DNA of 64,000 bases from Octopus vulgaris (lineage: Eukaryota): the NCBI GenBank assembly GCA_951406725.2, contig OX597821.1:78120001-78184000 (forward strand), given 5' to 3'. The translations under genes and the position numbers were made by a program. Position 1 is the stretch's first letter; every line of letters begins with the position of its first letter. Of this stretch, positions 12,226 through 26,189 are shown piece by piece. The notes under the pieces were generated by a model. The model ran no database searches and had not been told where the DNA came from. It was given only the letters and a program-made list of their open reading frames with translations.

Positions 12226-12602
12226 TGGAACTCCGTCGGTTAGGACGATGAGGGTCCCAGTTGATCCGATCAACGGAACAGCCCGCTCCTGAAATTAACG
12301 TGCAAATAGCTGTCCACTCCACGGACACATATACCCTTAACGTAGTTCTCGGGGAGATTCAGCGTGACACAAGGTGTAACAAGGCTGGCTCTTTGAAATA
12401 TAGGTACAGTAGAAGCAGGAAGAAAGAGTGAGAGAAAATTGTGTGAAAGAGTACAGCAGGGTTCACCCCCCATTGCCGGAACCTTGTGGAACCTTAAGTG
12501 TTTCCGCTCAATAAACACTCACAACGTCCGGTCTGGGAATCGAAACCGCGATCCTACGACCGTGAGTCCACTGCCCTAACTACTGAGCCATTTCACCTCC
12601 AC
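12226..12602 (-). mobile_element. tRNA-derived SINE family 'C' (Octopus OR-like)
   Basis: Reverse complement of 39242-39632 along its whole length. Confidence 0.85.
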
Positions 12603-13492
12603 CATATGCACATATACATATACACACGCTCACACATACACACATATCCATATGAACACCCACAAACTCATACACACTAATAACAACACTAATGTACACA
12701 CATCCTTGTTATCCCGCCCCTTACGAACTATAACGATAGATATACCACGGAGTGTAATTGATAAATTCACCAGTGAATATGAATAAAATGGTGGGAATGA
12801 AAGAAACTCTTCAACTGAAGACACGAGACAGGTTCGAACAAGAAACTGGAGACTATTCTTTCAGCAGTAAGAGACATAAGCTGATCGATGGATCTTGTAA
12901 AAATAAACGGAGACTTGTGCAACTGTAACATCCGGTTGGTGAATGTGAGACATAAATTAACGCTTGGATAATTGAGAATCGTTGATCATTGACTCGTATA
13001 TTCGTATGTTTACTTTCTCCTAAGAAGCTGTTGTATGAAAAGCATTTTACACGCTCAAGCGATGTTTTATCGTGTAAATCCCGTTGTAATTGAGTTATTA
13101 AATAAAGCCAAACAAAAGAAGAAAAAAAAAAAAAAACGAAAACGGAGAGAAAATATACGCACGCGCACACAAACACATACACACTCAAACACTCACACAC
13201 ACACACGCATGCACTTGCACAGACATATACGCCGAAGGACATACGCCCCCGTGCTGATGAGTGGGCCATCATTTAACTACGTACATTAAAGCGAATTCAA
13301 TCGAAAGTAATTAATCGAAGGTCTTTCTTCCCCATATCAATAAACAAGTAACATTGTAGAAACAGTACGGCGTTCGTTCATTTGGACAGAAATCATAATC
13401 GATATTTTTGGTCCTCAGTTTTTTCTTACCTTGCAATTATATGCATGCTTATGTAAATCCCCCCCCCCCCACAAACACACACACACAGACGC

Positions 13493-13545
<53 letters not shown>

Positions 13546-13577
13546 CATATATATATATATATATACATACATATATA

Positions 13578-13698
13578 TATAACCAAGAAAAAAAGCAACA
13601 AGAATGGATTAGTAGTTTAGTAGTTTAGAGTTTTCCCCTAAAGACATCCCTTGTACTAAACTACTAATCCATTCTTGTTGCTTTTATTCTTGGTTATA
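13578..13698. repeat. ~45-bp inverted repeat (hairpin)
   Basis: tataaccaagaaaaaaagcaacaagaatggattagtagtttagta ... tactaaactactaatccattcttgttgcttttattcttggttata. Confidence 0.85.
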
Positions 13699-13823
13699 AT
13701 CACCCCACATTATTTTATGGTTAATACCATAAATGAATTCTGGTGCATCTAAGTTAAGTACCATACTCATTTGAATTCATTGGAATTCACTTAGATCTTA
13801 ATTGTTTTTACATATATATATAG

Positions 13824-13915
<92 letters not shown>

Positions 13916-13979
13916 TTATAAATGTATATATTTCTACTATAGGCCTTGTGCCTATAGTAGAAAATAATATATTCTCTTA

Positions 13980-14175
13980 TTCTTTTCTTTCATTCTTTTA
14001 TTTATTTCAGTCATTTGACATTTGACAGCGGCCATGCTGGAGCAGCGCCTCTAACCTAGTAAATAGATCCCTGTACTTATTCTTTGTAAGCCTAGTACTT
14101 ATTCTATCGGTGTCTTTTGCTGAACCACTAAGTTACGGGGACGTAAACACACCAGCATCGGTTGTCAACTGATGT
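13980..14175 (-). mobile_element. 3' half of SINE family 'A'
   Basis: Reverse complement of 3760-3930. Confidence 0.75.
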
Positions 14176-14251
14176 TGGTTGGTATATATATATATATATA
14201 TATATATACATACACACACACATATATATATACACACATATAAATAAATAA

Positions 14252-14289
<38 letters not shown>

Positions 14290-14292
<3 letters not shown>

Positions 14293-15482
14293 AATTTTAT
14301 TCATCAAAGTAATTACCATTATAATCAACACATTTTTGCCAACCAGTTACAAGCTGGTTTATTCCGGTAACATGAAATTCTGGAGTTCTGGAGCCGATGA
14401 ACTCTTTGAACGCACTTTTAGGTTTGATATTTTGAACTTCTCTCGCAGGAAACCGTCAAGGTGCTTGAAAAAGTGATAGTCGGTGGGAGAAATGTGTGGG
14501 GATTAAACTGTGTGGGGAAGAACTTCGTAGCCATGTTCCCTAAACTTCTGGACCATCATTAGTGAAACGTGTGGTCGAGCATTGTCATGAAGAATGATTG
14601 GTCCTCTTCTGTTGACCAGTCTGTGACAGAGGAGTACCAGTTTTTCGTTCATTTTGACAATTTCATGGCACTATGTTTCTGCAGTAATAGTTTTTCCAGG
14701 TTTTAAGAAGTTATAGTGGATGAGTCTAGCAGAACACCACCAAACAATCGCCTTGACCTTCTTTTTGAAGAGTTCAGGTTTAGGGAAGGTTATCTGTGCT
14801 GTAGTTTGGCTTAACCACTGCGAAGAACGTTTTTTATTATTGTACAGACTCCGCTTTTCATCGCAAGATACAATCGGTCCGGTTACGGAGAGGAAGCGAC
14901 GAGCAAATTTCATACCTGCGCATTTTCTGATTTTCATTCAAATCGTGTGGTACCCATTTGTCGAGCATTTTTGATTTTCCAATCGTATGCAAATAGCTGG
15001 AGACAGCTTTCTGGCTAATCTGAAATTCTTTTGCCAGTTCTCGAGTGGTTTTACTTCAATCTTTCTCAATGACAGTCTTTAATTGACCATAATCGATAAC
15101 AGACGGGCTTCCACTACGCTCACGATCTTGAAGGTTCAGATCTCTACTGTGAAATCGTTTAAACCATTTTCGAGCTGACCACTCACTGGTCATTTCATCA
15201 CCAAACGTTTCGTTGGCATCACGAGCAATTTCAGCTACTTTACGTCCTGTTTTGAAGTTGAATAGCAAAATTACTTGAATATCGCGTTTTGAGAGTTCCA
15301 TTTCAGATTATTGTAACAACGATGAAAAAATATCAATGTTAATTCAGTGATGCATTTGGACAAGTCTATGTCTGTATTATCGAACTATTGAAAAACTGTT
15401 CTAAAGAAATTCTAAACTCTGCACAAATCCGGTACAAGTTCTTCATGTTTCAAAACGTTGCTTACTTTTTACTCAACCTGAT
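14290..15482 (-). mobile_element. Mariner element with disrupted transposase
   Basis: HTH (MELSKRDIQVILLFNFK...WFKRF), CDEK, HDNARPH and SPTDYHFF motifs; mariner-type TIR tcaggttgagtaaaaagtaagcaac at ~15456-15481. Confidence 0.88.
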
Positions 15483-17732
15483 ATAATCCCCATGGATAAT
15501 TCTCTTTGTGGTAGCTCGATATGCTGGAAAGAGTTCCCATGTTTCCCTCAAATTTTAACAGTGAATAATGTTGGATAATGTTGCATTACCGATACGGCAT
15601 GTTACAAAAACAAAAAAATATTTGCGTTTCAAAGGCCTTTGGTCATATTGACTGCTTAATCGGTGATGGTCAGTGATTAAAGATTAATAACAACTTCCTG
15701 GAAACCGATAATAAAACTTAAACTTATTTAATTCCTCAGCTTCTCAATTCAAACTTATTGATTTAATAGATATAGGTCTGTCATAAATGTAAACAACAAC
15801 TAAGATACATTTGTAGCATCAACCAATTTGTGCAATCATTGGATATCGATGTTGTGTCTCAAAAAGTAGATTTCTATTGTCCCTTCTGACTTCATCTGTC
15901 TTTTGACTGGTTTCGCTTTTCATCTTACAGTGTGTCCAAAACCCATTTTATTCATCATTTGGTGTAAGGTGGGTTTTGATGGTGTTGCTAGATTAGTCCT
16001 TGACGTTTCGACCATGAAACAAGTTGTACTGGGTTACAGCTTTTCTCTATTCTTGTGATTTCTAAAGTCATAAGTGAATATGAATGACAAGTTGCAGAGT
16101 AAAAGTGAAGAAACTTCAAACAACAAATGCTGGTTCACTCACTACTCAGATGAGCAGTCTGTGAGTTTGTGCTTGTATCATTGATAATATCCATGCGGGC
16201 GTGTGCAGAAAGCTATAAGCAAATTGGCTACAAGCATAGATAGCACTATCCTACATGAAACTAAAAGAATACAAATTACAAAATGAATAACTAAAGGAAA
16301 ATGACCTACATACTCAAACCTGCGATGAATTACTGTACAGAAAGTAATTAAAAAAGGGAAAATTTGTCCAATCACTGAAAAGAAGAGGAATTAAAAGTCC
16401 AAGATGGAATGTCGTAGACACTTCTTTAGTCTAATATAGAATGTAAAAGGAAAAAAAACTTAAATACTCTCGAAAGTGATAAGCCAGGATCCACTGCAAT
16501 CAGCGTAACTAATATTTATTCTTTAGTCATGAAAGAATCTGGTTCCTTCATTTCATCAATGCTTTGTTCTGCTTTTCGTAGGCGAAGACAATACGATGAT
16601 TCAACGAGTGTTTTCTATCGATGACGAAGTTTGAGATTTAGGGCAATATTTGAGTGGCAAAGAATGACTTCAGACCGGTTACGGTTGCAAGTCACTGTTT
16701 ACTGCAAAACTACTCTCTGTAGAAAGTACTGAGGTGGAACTGAGCAGAGTATTTTCCCAAGTCGTAATCGGAGACGCCGTAAAGTTGGAAAACTCTTATT
16801 TTAAAGTTCATCGAACTTAAAACTTAGTATAAAAGTTTTAAAAAATTCTTTCAATCGTTGCTTGGGTTGGTCGCCAGATGATATTTCTCACGTCAGGGTC
16901 AACTGTTTAGCATTAATTTTAAACATCAAAGTTGATATAGAGTAGAGGAAAGTGTTTTAAAAATATGACAGACAAGTCTATTTTTTTTGGATAAAGATAT
17001 TTTATTTAACAACGATATAACAGGATCTCAACGGATCGTGGGAAAAAGTGCAGAAAGATAAAAATTACAACGAATATTACATTCGGAAACTAAATCCGTG
17101 AACTTGTCTTTGTGTGCAACAGAATGTTCCAGAAAGTTTACTCAGCATATGGCCAGAAAATATGTAAAGATGTGTGTTTGAGTAATATCGTCCAGTGTCT
17201 TACAGGATGAGGAAATATAAACTCTGAAATAAGGAACCGAACAAAACATTTGCACATATATTGTAAAACCGACTCAGGTGTTTTCTTAAAGAATTTGCTG
17301 AACATGCCATAGAAGTAGCAGTGTGGTCGATTAAAAATACTACATCTACACTCGGCAGATGTCTTTCTGTTCCATCCTTAAAAAACTGAAAAGGATATTT
17401 TTGGAGTATAAAAATATACAGAGTGCAATGTGTGAAATTACCGTAAGCCTGTGTGAGTGTGGGAATATAATAAAAGAGTGGGTAGTTTAAATAAGTTACG
17501 ATAACGGATATTTTTGTTTGAGTGAATTCGTCAAAGAGAAGTTAAAATTGAAGACAATCTTAAGTCTCATAGCAGTTTAGTCCCTCTCTCCCACTATCGC
17601 TCTCTTTCTCTCCCTCTTACAAACTCACAAACACTCGTACACACTTATAATAATTCTATCATGGTAGAGTCATTAAAATATCAGATACATTCCTTCAAAT
17701 TATCTCCTATCACCTTGAAATTACCAGCTCAC

Positions 17733-17817
17733 CTTAGATGTCTTTCTTGGTATACACGAAAAGGTGAGGAACACAATCAGAGTGCCTTCCAACATAAATC
17801 TTTCGATCTGAGCTCAT
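17733..17817 (-). other. Candidate 85-nt non-coding (5'UTR) exon, copy 1
   Basis: tgtttatctccag| ... CTAAG|gtgagc; both splice sites are conserved in the paralogue 59150-59234; all three frames contain stops. Confidence 0.4.
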
Positions 17818-18130
17818 CTGGAGATAAACAACACATGCATACTGGTGTATTTTAATTTCACTTTTTAATGTGCCAAGTCCGGATGATTCTGTAGATTTGA
17901 TACTTAGTTAAATCTTAAAAAGACTATATGGTTAAACATTGCAATTCATCATAGGGTGCGGCATAGAAGATAAATACCAGTAACATATTGTAAATTTAAA
18001 TGACATGCATATGTTGTTTATCTCTAGGTGAGATCAGATCGAAAGACTTACGTTGAAAGGTACCCGGATTGTGTTCCTCACCTTTACCTGTATACTCCAT
18101 CTCTGCAAATTATTAATTTAATATACACGT

Positions 18131-18194
<64 letters not shown>

Positions 18195-18796
18195 TCGCAC
18201 ACGCACACACACACATGTATGTTACATCAAAATATTTCATCTCAGATCCAGTGAAGTAGTGCTAAAATCATGGAGAATATGGGCAACGAAAGCTTCTGAT
18301 ACCTAATAATGTATGTTTATTACACTTTCGTAATAAAATAGAGTCAAACAGTGGCATTTTTAATGGCTGATAAACCTGTGAAACGATGAGATGTTTTTAG
18401 CTTCAACCCAAAAAGTCTGAGATTAAATCACTTGGACAATAAGTGCAGCTTGTTACTCGTTTTATCATTGATTGATCTTCGAATCAGTACGTTACCTAGC
18501 ATCAAAGTTACAAGGATCAGCGTTCTTAGACGTGTGCAAATGCACAAAGGATTTACACACACACAGACACACACACTCACACACACACACACACACTCAC
18601 ACACACACACATTTGTTGTCAATATGACGAAGGCGAGCAGGTAGAACCTTCGAAATCACTGTTTCGCCTCTCTTTGTAAAATATTTAAGATTAATAAATT
18701 ACTATCCAATACTAAATGATATAGTGTACTCTTTCGGTTTAACGTTAAATAGTTTTCATAACTTGACAGTAATACAAACATTAACATATATATATA

Positions 18797-19012
18797 CAGT
18801 AATCCCTCAACTATCGCGGATGTTGCGTTTCAAAACCTCCCGCGATACGTGAAAATCCGCGAAGTAGAAAAGGTACTGTACAGTATATTAAAAAAAATTA
18901 TAATTTGTCTATATCTTTTAAATCATAAATGTAAAACAACACCACGGGCGAATCGATGTAAGTTTAAATAATAAACCGTGATAGGTGAGCTGCGATATTG
19001 CGAGGGATTACT
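18797..19012. mobile_element. pogo/Tigger-like MITE
   Basis: TIRs cagtaatccctc..tatcgcgg and gcgatattgcgagggattac; an internally deleted copy lies at 60174-60251. Confidence 0.7.
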
Positions 19013-19129
19013 CTCTGTGTGTGTGTGTGTGTGTGTGTTTGTGTCTGTGTGTGTGTGTCTGTCTGTCTGTATGTATGTATGTATGTATGTATGTATGTAT
19101 GTATGTATGTATGTATGTATGTATGTATG

Positions 19130-19188
<59 letters not shown>

Positions 19189-19350
19189 ATACACATATAC
19201 ATGTATGTGTATTTTTCTCTTATTTGCTTTTGATTTAGATTTTACCCATGTCTTGTAGTTTTTAGATATTTTCCCCTCCATTTTTCTCTCACAGGACTCG
19301 TGTCTTTTCACTCTCTTTTGCTTCTTTTAGCTCAAGCATTCCATACATTT

Positions 19351-19384
<34 letters not shown>

Positions 19385-20282
19385 ACACACACACACACAT
19401 CGATCACACCTTCCATATTCCTCTTGCCTAATTCTCGTTCGTCCCTATATCTTCACACATCCGCGCTTTCATCACACATGTCAAACAACCACTCACATAC
19501 CAGTTCCTTATGTGCCATTTACCACACATTAATACTCGTCTATACTTGTACATCAACATTCACCTCTCCTTCCTTCTTAACTTCCTTTCATAGAACCGCA
19601 TTTCCTAACACTTCGTCTGCTTCTTTCTCTCTCACACTGAATACTCCGTCTACGCAGTTCCACATGCTTTTGTCTTTCTTCCAGTAAAGGTCTTACGTCC
19701 GTAATGTTACAACTATTTCTATTCCCATTAAAGCGTTATGTTAATAATATTTACATTGAACCTTGTTCTTTCTGTACTAATTCTATTCATCAATGCATTT
19801 CCACTATCTCTGTGTCTGTCTGTCTATCCATTTATCTGTGTATATGTACGTACATGTGTATGTATGTATGTTTGCATGTATGTATGTAAGAGTATAATAA
19901 TACACAATTTCTGGAATAAAACGTATTCTACTTGAAAAGGACTGAGATGACCAAGTCTGAAATAGAAGAGTAACTGCCTGGAAAAGAAAAGAAGGAAAAA
20001 ATTGTTAAAAATTATATACATGCATTCATGGATAGATAGATAGATACATACATACATTCATACATACATACATACATACATACACACATACATATATACA
20101 TACACACATGCATATGTGTGTATGTATGTTCACACACACAAAAATATACACTTCTAGCATACATACCAGGGCATATCCATCCATCCATCCATCCATCCTT
20201 CCGTCCATCCGTCCGTCCGTCCGTCCGTCCGTCCCTCCATCCATCAGTCCATCCATCCATCCATCCATCCATCCATCCATCC

Positions 20283-20357
<75 letters not shown>

Positions 20358-21378
20358 AAGTCCATGCCGTCCACCAGCGCCTCCGTCGTGGGACGCTGGA
20401 CCGACGGCCCGGTTGAGTTGCTCGGGGTCTGGTTTGGTAGCTACCCGTTCGGGATAAGCTACAGACACGGCTCGAGAAACACGGGGCCGACCTGCCCGAG
20501 ATGCGGGCAGAGCGACGAAACTGTTCTGCACGCACTCGTGCAGTGTCCAACAATTTCCGACCTATGGGCTTATGTCGAACAACTGCTGTCACGTACTGGG
20601 ACGAGTCGGGTTATCAGCTGAGTCTATCGTCAATATTGTCACGCCTCCTTCCTTCAAACGGGAAGAAAGAGTTATTTTCATCATCCTTGTGGCTATGGCG
20701 AAAGAATGTATCTGATGGACGCGTCTGAAAGGATTGGAGACAAACACTTTCCTCTCTGGTCAATCTCTCATCAACTTCTTCAAGTACCACTTGAAAAGGA
20801 AAGTGAGAGTAGAGAGGCAAGTTTTGTCTAGCGAATGTTTTAAAAAAAGATGGGTGAATGTAGCAAGGATGGCACGTATGAATGACGAAGCCACCTTGAG
20901 CATAATCCTATGAACCCAGAAATTGAAAACAGAGGGTTACCCACTTGCAAACAAATGTGGTAACATATAACAATATTGACCAAGGTTACCGTGGTCTTTT
21001 TCGTAGGCTTTTCTTCCCACGGATAAACCTTACTTGCTTTCCCCTTTACACCATATATCATAACACGGTGATACACGATCCCTATTGATCGTTTTTTTTC
21101 CTCTTCCCCTTTTTTCCCCCTTTTTTCTTCTTTTTTCATTTCTCTTTTCTTTTGTTCCTTTTCCTTTTCTTCTTTTTTTTCTTCTTTATTTTATTTTATT
21201 TTTTTATTTTTTATTTTATTTTTTTTTGTTCTTCTTTTTCCCTTTTACGATCTCTTTTGATCGAAAACCTACGCCACCATTTTTTTGTTTCTTTTGTTTT
21301 TTTCATCCCCCAAAAGAAAAGCTCTACCTTGTAACTTGTCCCATCTGTGAGCAGCCCTGTGTGGCCAATAAAGAAACT
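20358..21378 (+). mobile_element. 5'-truncated, internally deleted Tx1/L1-clade LINE 3' end
   Basis: VELLGVWFG (RT end) is joined to the [18 protein letters not shown] zinc finger; T-rich 3'UTR ends aataaaagaaac; (TATC)n on both sides. Confidence 0.8.
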
Positions 21379-21483
<105 letters not shown>

Positions 21484-21497
21484 GTCTATTTGTCTAT

Positions 21498-21596
<99 letters not shown>

Positions 21597-22054
21597 GACT
21601 GACGTGTTGTCACATCGGCTCTGAAGGTAATAGTTTATTTCGACTATTTATAGCCCTCATTTTGTGTACATTTTTTGTAAATAAGGTGTGTAAAGCATCC
21701 AACTTTCGTTTGAGTGTTTTTCCATGGGAGGAATTCGCTCCTAGGGGCAGTTTCAACCCTTAGTAATTTGTATATTTTCCTTCTCGACATTAAAAAATGT
21801 CGAGAAATTTTCTTGTTGAACGCTGGTCAAATTCCTTCATGGACCAGCTTTTCCCTAGCCTTGAAACGCTAGGAGAAAAAAAGAACACCTGCACGCATAC
21901 ACATTCTAATAGAACAGACATGACCAGCAAGACATCAACGACAAACCTGAGTGACGTGGAAGTGAACGCTGCAACCACTTTCATTAACAACCCTGTCACC
22001 ACCACCACCAGCAACAACAACAACGAGACCACCACTGCCACCACCATCACCACC

Positions 22055-22086
<32 letters not shown>

Positions 22087-22126
22087 CAAGGCTAACAATG
22101 CTACCACGACGACGACGACGACGACC

Positions 22127-22164
<38 letters not shown>

Positions 22165-24830
22165 CTACAAGAACAACAACGATATCTTCGTTTTGCCGTG
22201 TACGATAACTGCCGACAATAACACCACTACTACAACCTCGACTACTACAAGTGATACCTCTGCCACCGACACTACCACCAAACTCAATGTTGCACAAGCA
22301 TTAAAACAAAAAAAGACAATATTACACTTCACAACAGAACAAATAAAACAAACAAAAGCCTTGTTAACTGAAGAAGGTTCACATCTACGCTTTCATATAC
22401 CAGAAAACATCATAGACAACACACAAAAGAAAGCAATAATATACAAAGTCCTAAACGCAAAAACACGCAGACCAGAACAAGCACAATCACAACTTATTGA
22501 AAAATGTTTACGGCCAATATGGGTAAAAAAATTATTTAAATTGGGGAAACAAATATGCCACGATACAGGTTCGTTTCGACAACGAAGAAAGAGCGAAAGA
22601 ACTTTCAACGCTCACATTACAGTCGGAAAAACTAATTTTAATTCCGACCTACCTTGGTCAACGCATGACCAAAATTACGATTAAAAATGTCGCTCCAGAA
22701 ATAGATTCACAATGGCTGTTGTCAGCCATTTGTTACAAAATGGAGGAAAATATAAATATTCTGGAATATGCTGCCTTGGAGGAAAAGAAATGATCGGGGT
22801 AAAATGCTAATTGATCAAAACCAAATCAATAACATCCCTCACCAAATTGAGCTGCCAGACGGCAATTTCCTTTACGTGGTGGTAGAGAGTAGGATGCCTC
22901 GCTGTTACTTGTGTGGCAGCGAGGAACACCTCAAAAATGATTGCCCAACAGCAAAAAAAACAAACAAAAAAAAAAACAACCACGACAAGGAAAAAGTCAA
23001 AAGAAAAAAGAACCACTACTACCCACACCACCATCAGCACAGAAGACAAGCAAAGGGAATACAGAACCAAAGTCGCCAACACCAACAAATGAACATACAA
23101 CAACATCTGAAAAAACACCACCAACAACAACAACAGCAAGAACAGAACCACTACTACCCACAACACCATCAGTATAGAGGACAAACAAATGGAGTAAAAA
23201 AGCCAAACCCGCCAATACCAAGAAATGAACATACAACAACATCTGAAAAAACACCACGAACAGAAGAACTAAAGATACAGTAAAACCAATAGACAATACA
23301 AAATCTGATTCCCCTTCCCCCACATCACACACACCACACACAAGCAGTCAACAACCAACATCAACGAAAACAACAACACAACCAATTACACAAACACACA
23401 TTGAAGCATACAACATGCCCCTACCCCCTTCCGATTCCTCGGAAATTTCGTCGGAAGACAAAAGCACTGAGGAATGGCAAATAGCCAGAAATGGAAGGAG
23501 GAAAAGGAGCAAAAAAGAACAAAATCCAATACAAATGCAAACAAAGCAGGGAGATATACATCTTCCGAAGACATCTCAAACCCTACCACAAACAATATCA
23601 CCGCCACAAAGATATATAAAAAGAATATGCTCACAACCATAGACACCAAAAACAGAGAGTTGATGAAATACATCAACACAAACACAAACGTTACAGAAAA
23701 CGACATTAAAGCGAACAACCACCCACACACAACACCACCAGAAGACATAAAAATTTATCACATATCACCAACATTGCACCACACACTAAAATCCCTCTAT
23801 CCCAATGCGGTAGGGGGATGTCATAAATATTTATGTAAGAAAAATGCATAACAGCCTCCATGATGAAAAATCAAAGGAGGAGCCAAAGCTTTCGTTTGTG
23901 TTTTAAAGCACACAACTCAATAGGATCATGGTCAAGATTGGTTGTGTGAATGTCTGTGGCTTGGGGTCCCCTTGGAAACAAGGGTACCTTTTAAAATGTC
24001 ACATAATTTGGAAATCATACCAATAAGTGAGACCAGACTCCATGAACCACGGGCCCTAAAGTCCATGTTTGGCGGACTGTTTAACATATATTTTTTGTCC
24101 CTGTCTGCCAAAAATGGGCAGTAGTGGCACGGTGGTACTTTTTCGCAAGAGTCTGGATCTCGAAGTAAAGACGACATTCGTAGACCCGCAGGGTAGACTG
24201 ATTGTCCTGGATGTCGACGGCAGCGATGGGTGCGCTTTTCGTCTCCTGGCAGTCTATGCACCGCCTTCAACAGGTCGGCCGGATTTCTTTCGACGTCTAG
24301 AAATATTCCTGAGAACGTCTCGTCCTTTACTTTTAGTGGGGGATTGGAATGCTACCTTGGACACGCATCTAGACTACGTGGGGAGAGACGAAAATAGACG
24401 GGGATGTAAATGCCTCAGAGACCTGTTCAGACGCTTTCAACTGTCTGACAGGTACCGACTCGACCACCAAAATGTGCCAACGTGGACATGGAGCAACCGC
24501 ATTGGGTCGTCGAGATCGTATCTAGATAGGATACTATGCAGGACAGCAGATAGGGCTAGCTTAGGATGTCCACAATTCTACATAGTCAGCTACACATATC
24601 ACAAACTTGTGACGTGTACGCACATAGGCAGGGTCCTGGTTACTGGAAACTGAACGTGTCTTTCCCGTCGAGACAGGTTTTCAGAAACCGAATTAGCACA
24701 CTAGTAAAGAGGGCTTTGACGGGAGCCATCGTCAACAACAAATGGTGGTTTGCCCTCAAGAGAGCAGTAAAAGCATAAGCGATTAGGTATAGCAAAGCAC
24801 TAACCATAGCTAGAAACAGAGGAGAGGGTG
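21597..24830 (+). mobile_element. Tx1/L1-clade LINE 5' portion: ORF1 (RRM-like + CCHC knuckle) and ORF2 APE endonuclease, frameshifted and 3'-truncated
   Basis: CYLCGSEEHLKNDC knuckle. ORF2 starts MVKIGCVNVCGL at 23928 and has SET, AVYAP, LVGDWN, SYLDRI and GPGYWKLN motifs. Starts directly after (TATC)n. Confidence 0.88.
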
Positions 24831-24929
24831 AGCTATATTGCACAAAAAGAATATAAAACACAGTATCACATTCAAAACTTAAAACATTTAAACAAATCAA
24901 AATATATCAAGTAGATTATGGTTGGCAGA

Positions 24930-26060
24930 TAAGAATTTACCCGAAGTAACCGCTATCAGCTTCAAGCACAAACTCAAAATGGCTCCGGAAGCTTGTGCAT
25001 GTATTCCTTACTTTGCCCCTGGAAAGATTACCAAACTCCTCGATCATGGGCACCAGCTCGAACTTGGTGGTGCAGGCAGAGCGGTTGGTGTCTTTCTCAA
25101 CTGCGCCCCACACAGTGGTATTCCATGGGATGGCAATCGAAGGAGGGAATTAGGATGCCAAAAATTAGAGCTAGTGAAGTAGTGGAAATTCTCCGACAAC
25201 CACTTATGTCTCTTTCCGGAAGTATGACAAGGAACCGAATCGCGTTGCGACAATATGTCCTCCCAGCGCAGTAACCCTCTCCAGTCAGCTTCACATCGCC
25301 ATCTGAACTGAACCAAATGCCATGTTTAAAGATGTGCGTCAGTATGACGTCACAGTCACTGGAGCCACATTCAAGGATCATTATAGTTTTGGGAAACTTA
25401 ATTTTGTCATGATACGTGGGACATCGCATGGGTTGTGGGTAAGCTACTTGCTGTTCTGGTTTTGTGCGACTGGTTCTGGCAGAAGTTCTTTTCATCTGAG
25501 AAAAACAAGATAATCCTCGGTTCAGCAGAATGTCTCAGCTTGTTCAGGAATATTTTTGCTTTAGTCAAGAGGTTCTCCTTGGCTTTGGCTGTCAGAATTT
25601 TCTTTGCGTCTCAGGTACGAGTGGTCCTCATTCAACGCCTGTTTCATGGTGGCGACTCAGATACCAATCTCTGCCTCTAACCAAAAACTCAATTCCTTTG
25701 CATGGATCATCCATGAAATTGTCCTACAATTACTAAATCAATTCCTTCCGTGTCTTCTCTTGCTGGTACCAACTTCGTAATCTCCGTTGCATTTCTCTAT
25801 TTTACATCTTTCAATATTTACAATGTTCACAGGGCATTGAGCGGCAGTCGTGATGTTAACACTTTGATACCAAGTACGAATAATCATGATACAAGTAACT
25901 CGCTTCCAATATTTAGATGTCTTCCAGCTTTCCGCGTCAGATAACTTTTACTCAATTACAACTTTAATCTCAATGCTCTACGATACTGTTGACTTTTCCC
26001 CAATGCATTAAGTTGTTTCTCAAATTTAGCCCGAATACCTTTTACATACACAGGGCTGTG
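24930..26060 (-). mobile_element. Degenerate Tc1/mariner (maT/DD37D-like) transposon
   Basis: Minus-strand motifs FFSDEKNFCQ and RDSVPCHTS..KWLSENF...FWHPNS. Confidence 0.75.
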
Positions 26061-26189
26061 TATAGAATATTCCTGGATGACTCATCAACAAAAAATAACC
26101 AATAAAGAAATAAATGAGAAGTATAAATACGTATGAATGTATGTCTACACACACATACACGCACACAAACACACACACATACAGACACA

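Larger units (their letters stand above)
16535..20340. repeat. Segmental duplication, copy 1 (paralogue of 57915-63490)
   Basis: Colinear high-identity non-TE sequence, e.g. 17575-17745 vs 58992-59162; ORF-track pair 17661 and 59078. Confidence 0.93.

Noticed and set aside
15900-16375. Minus-strand hydrophobic, Cys-containing frame after a tttcag acceptor
   Set aside because: In-frame stops, no clear domain spacing, and no counterpart in the other duplicate.
17661-17855. Plus-strand ORF duplicated at 59078
   Set aside because: Similarity is explained by the duplication; lengths differ, no domain is recognisable, and splice signals point to the minus strand.
19680-19715. ccagtaaaggtcttacgtccgtaatgtta (also at 62829) as a hammerhead
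   Set aside because: Both conserved boxes are too degraded to call.
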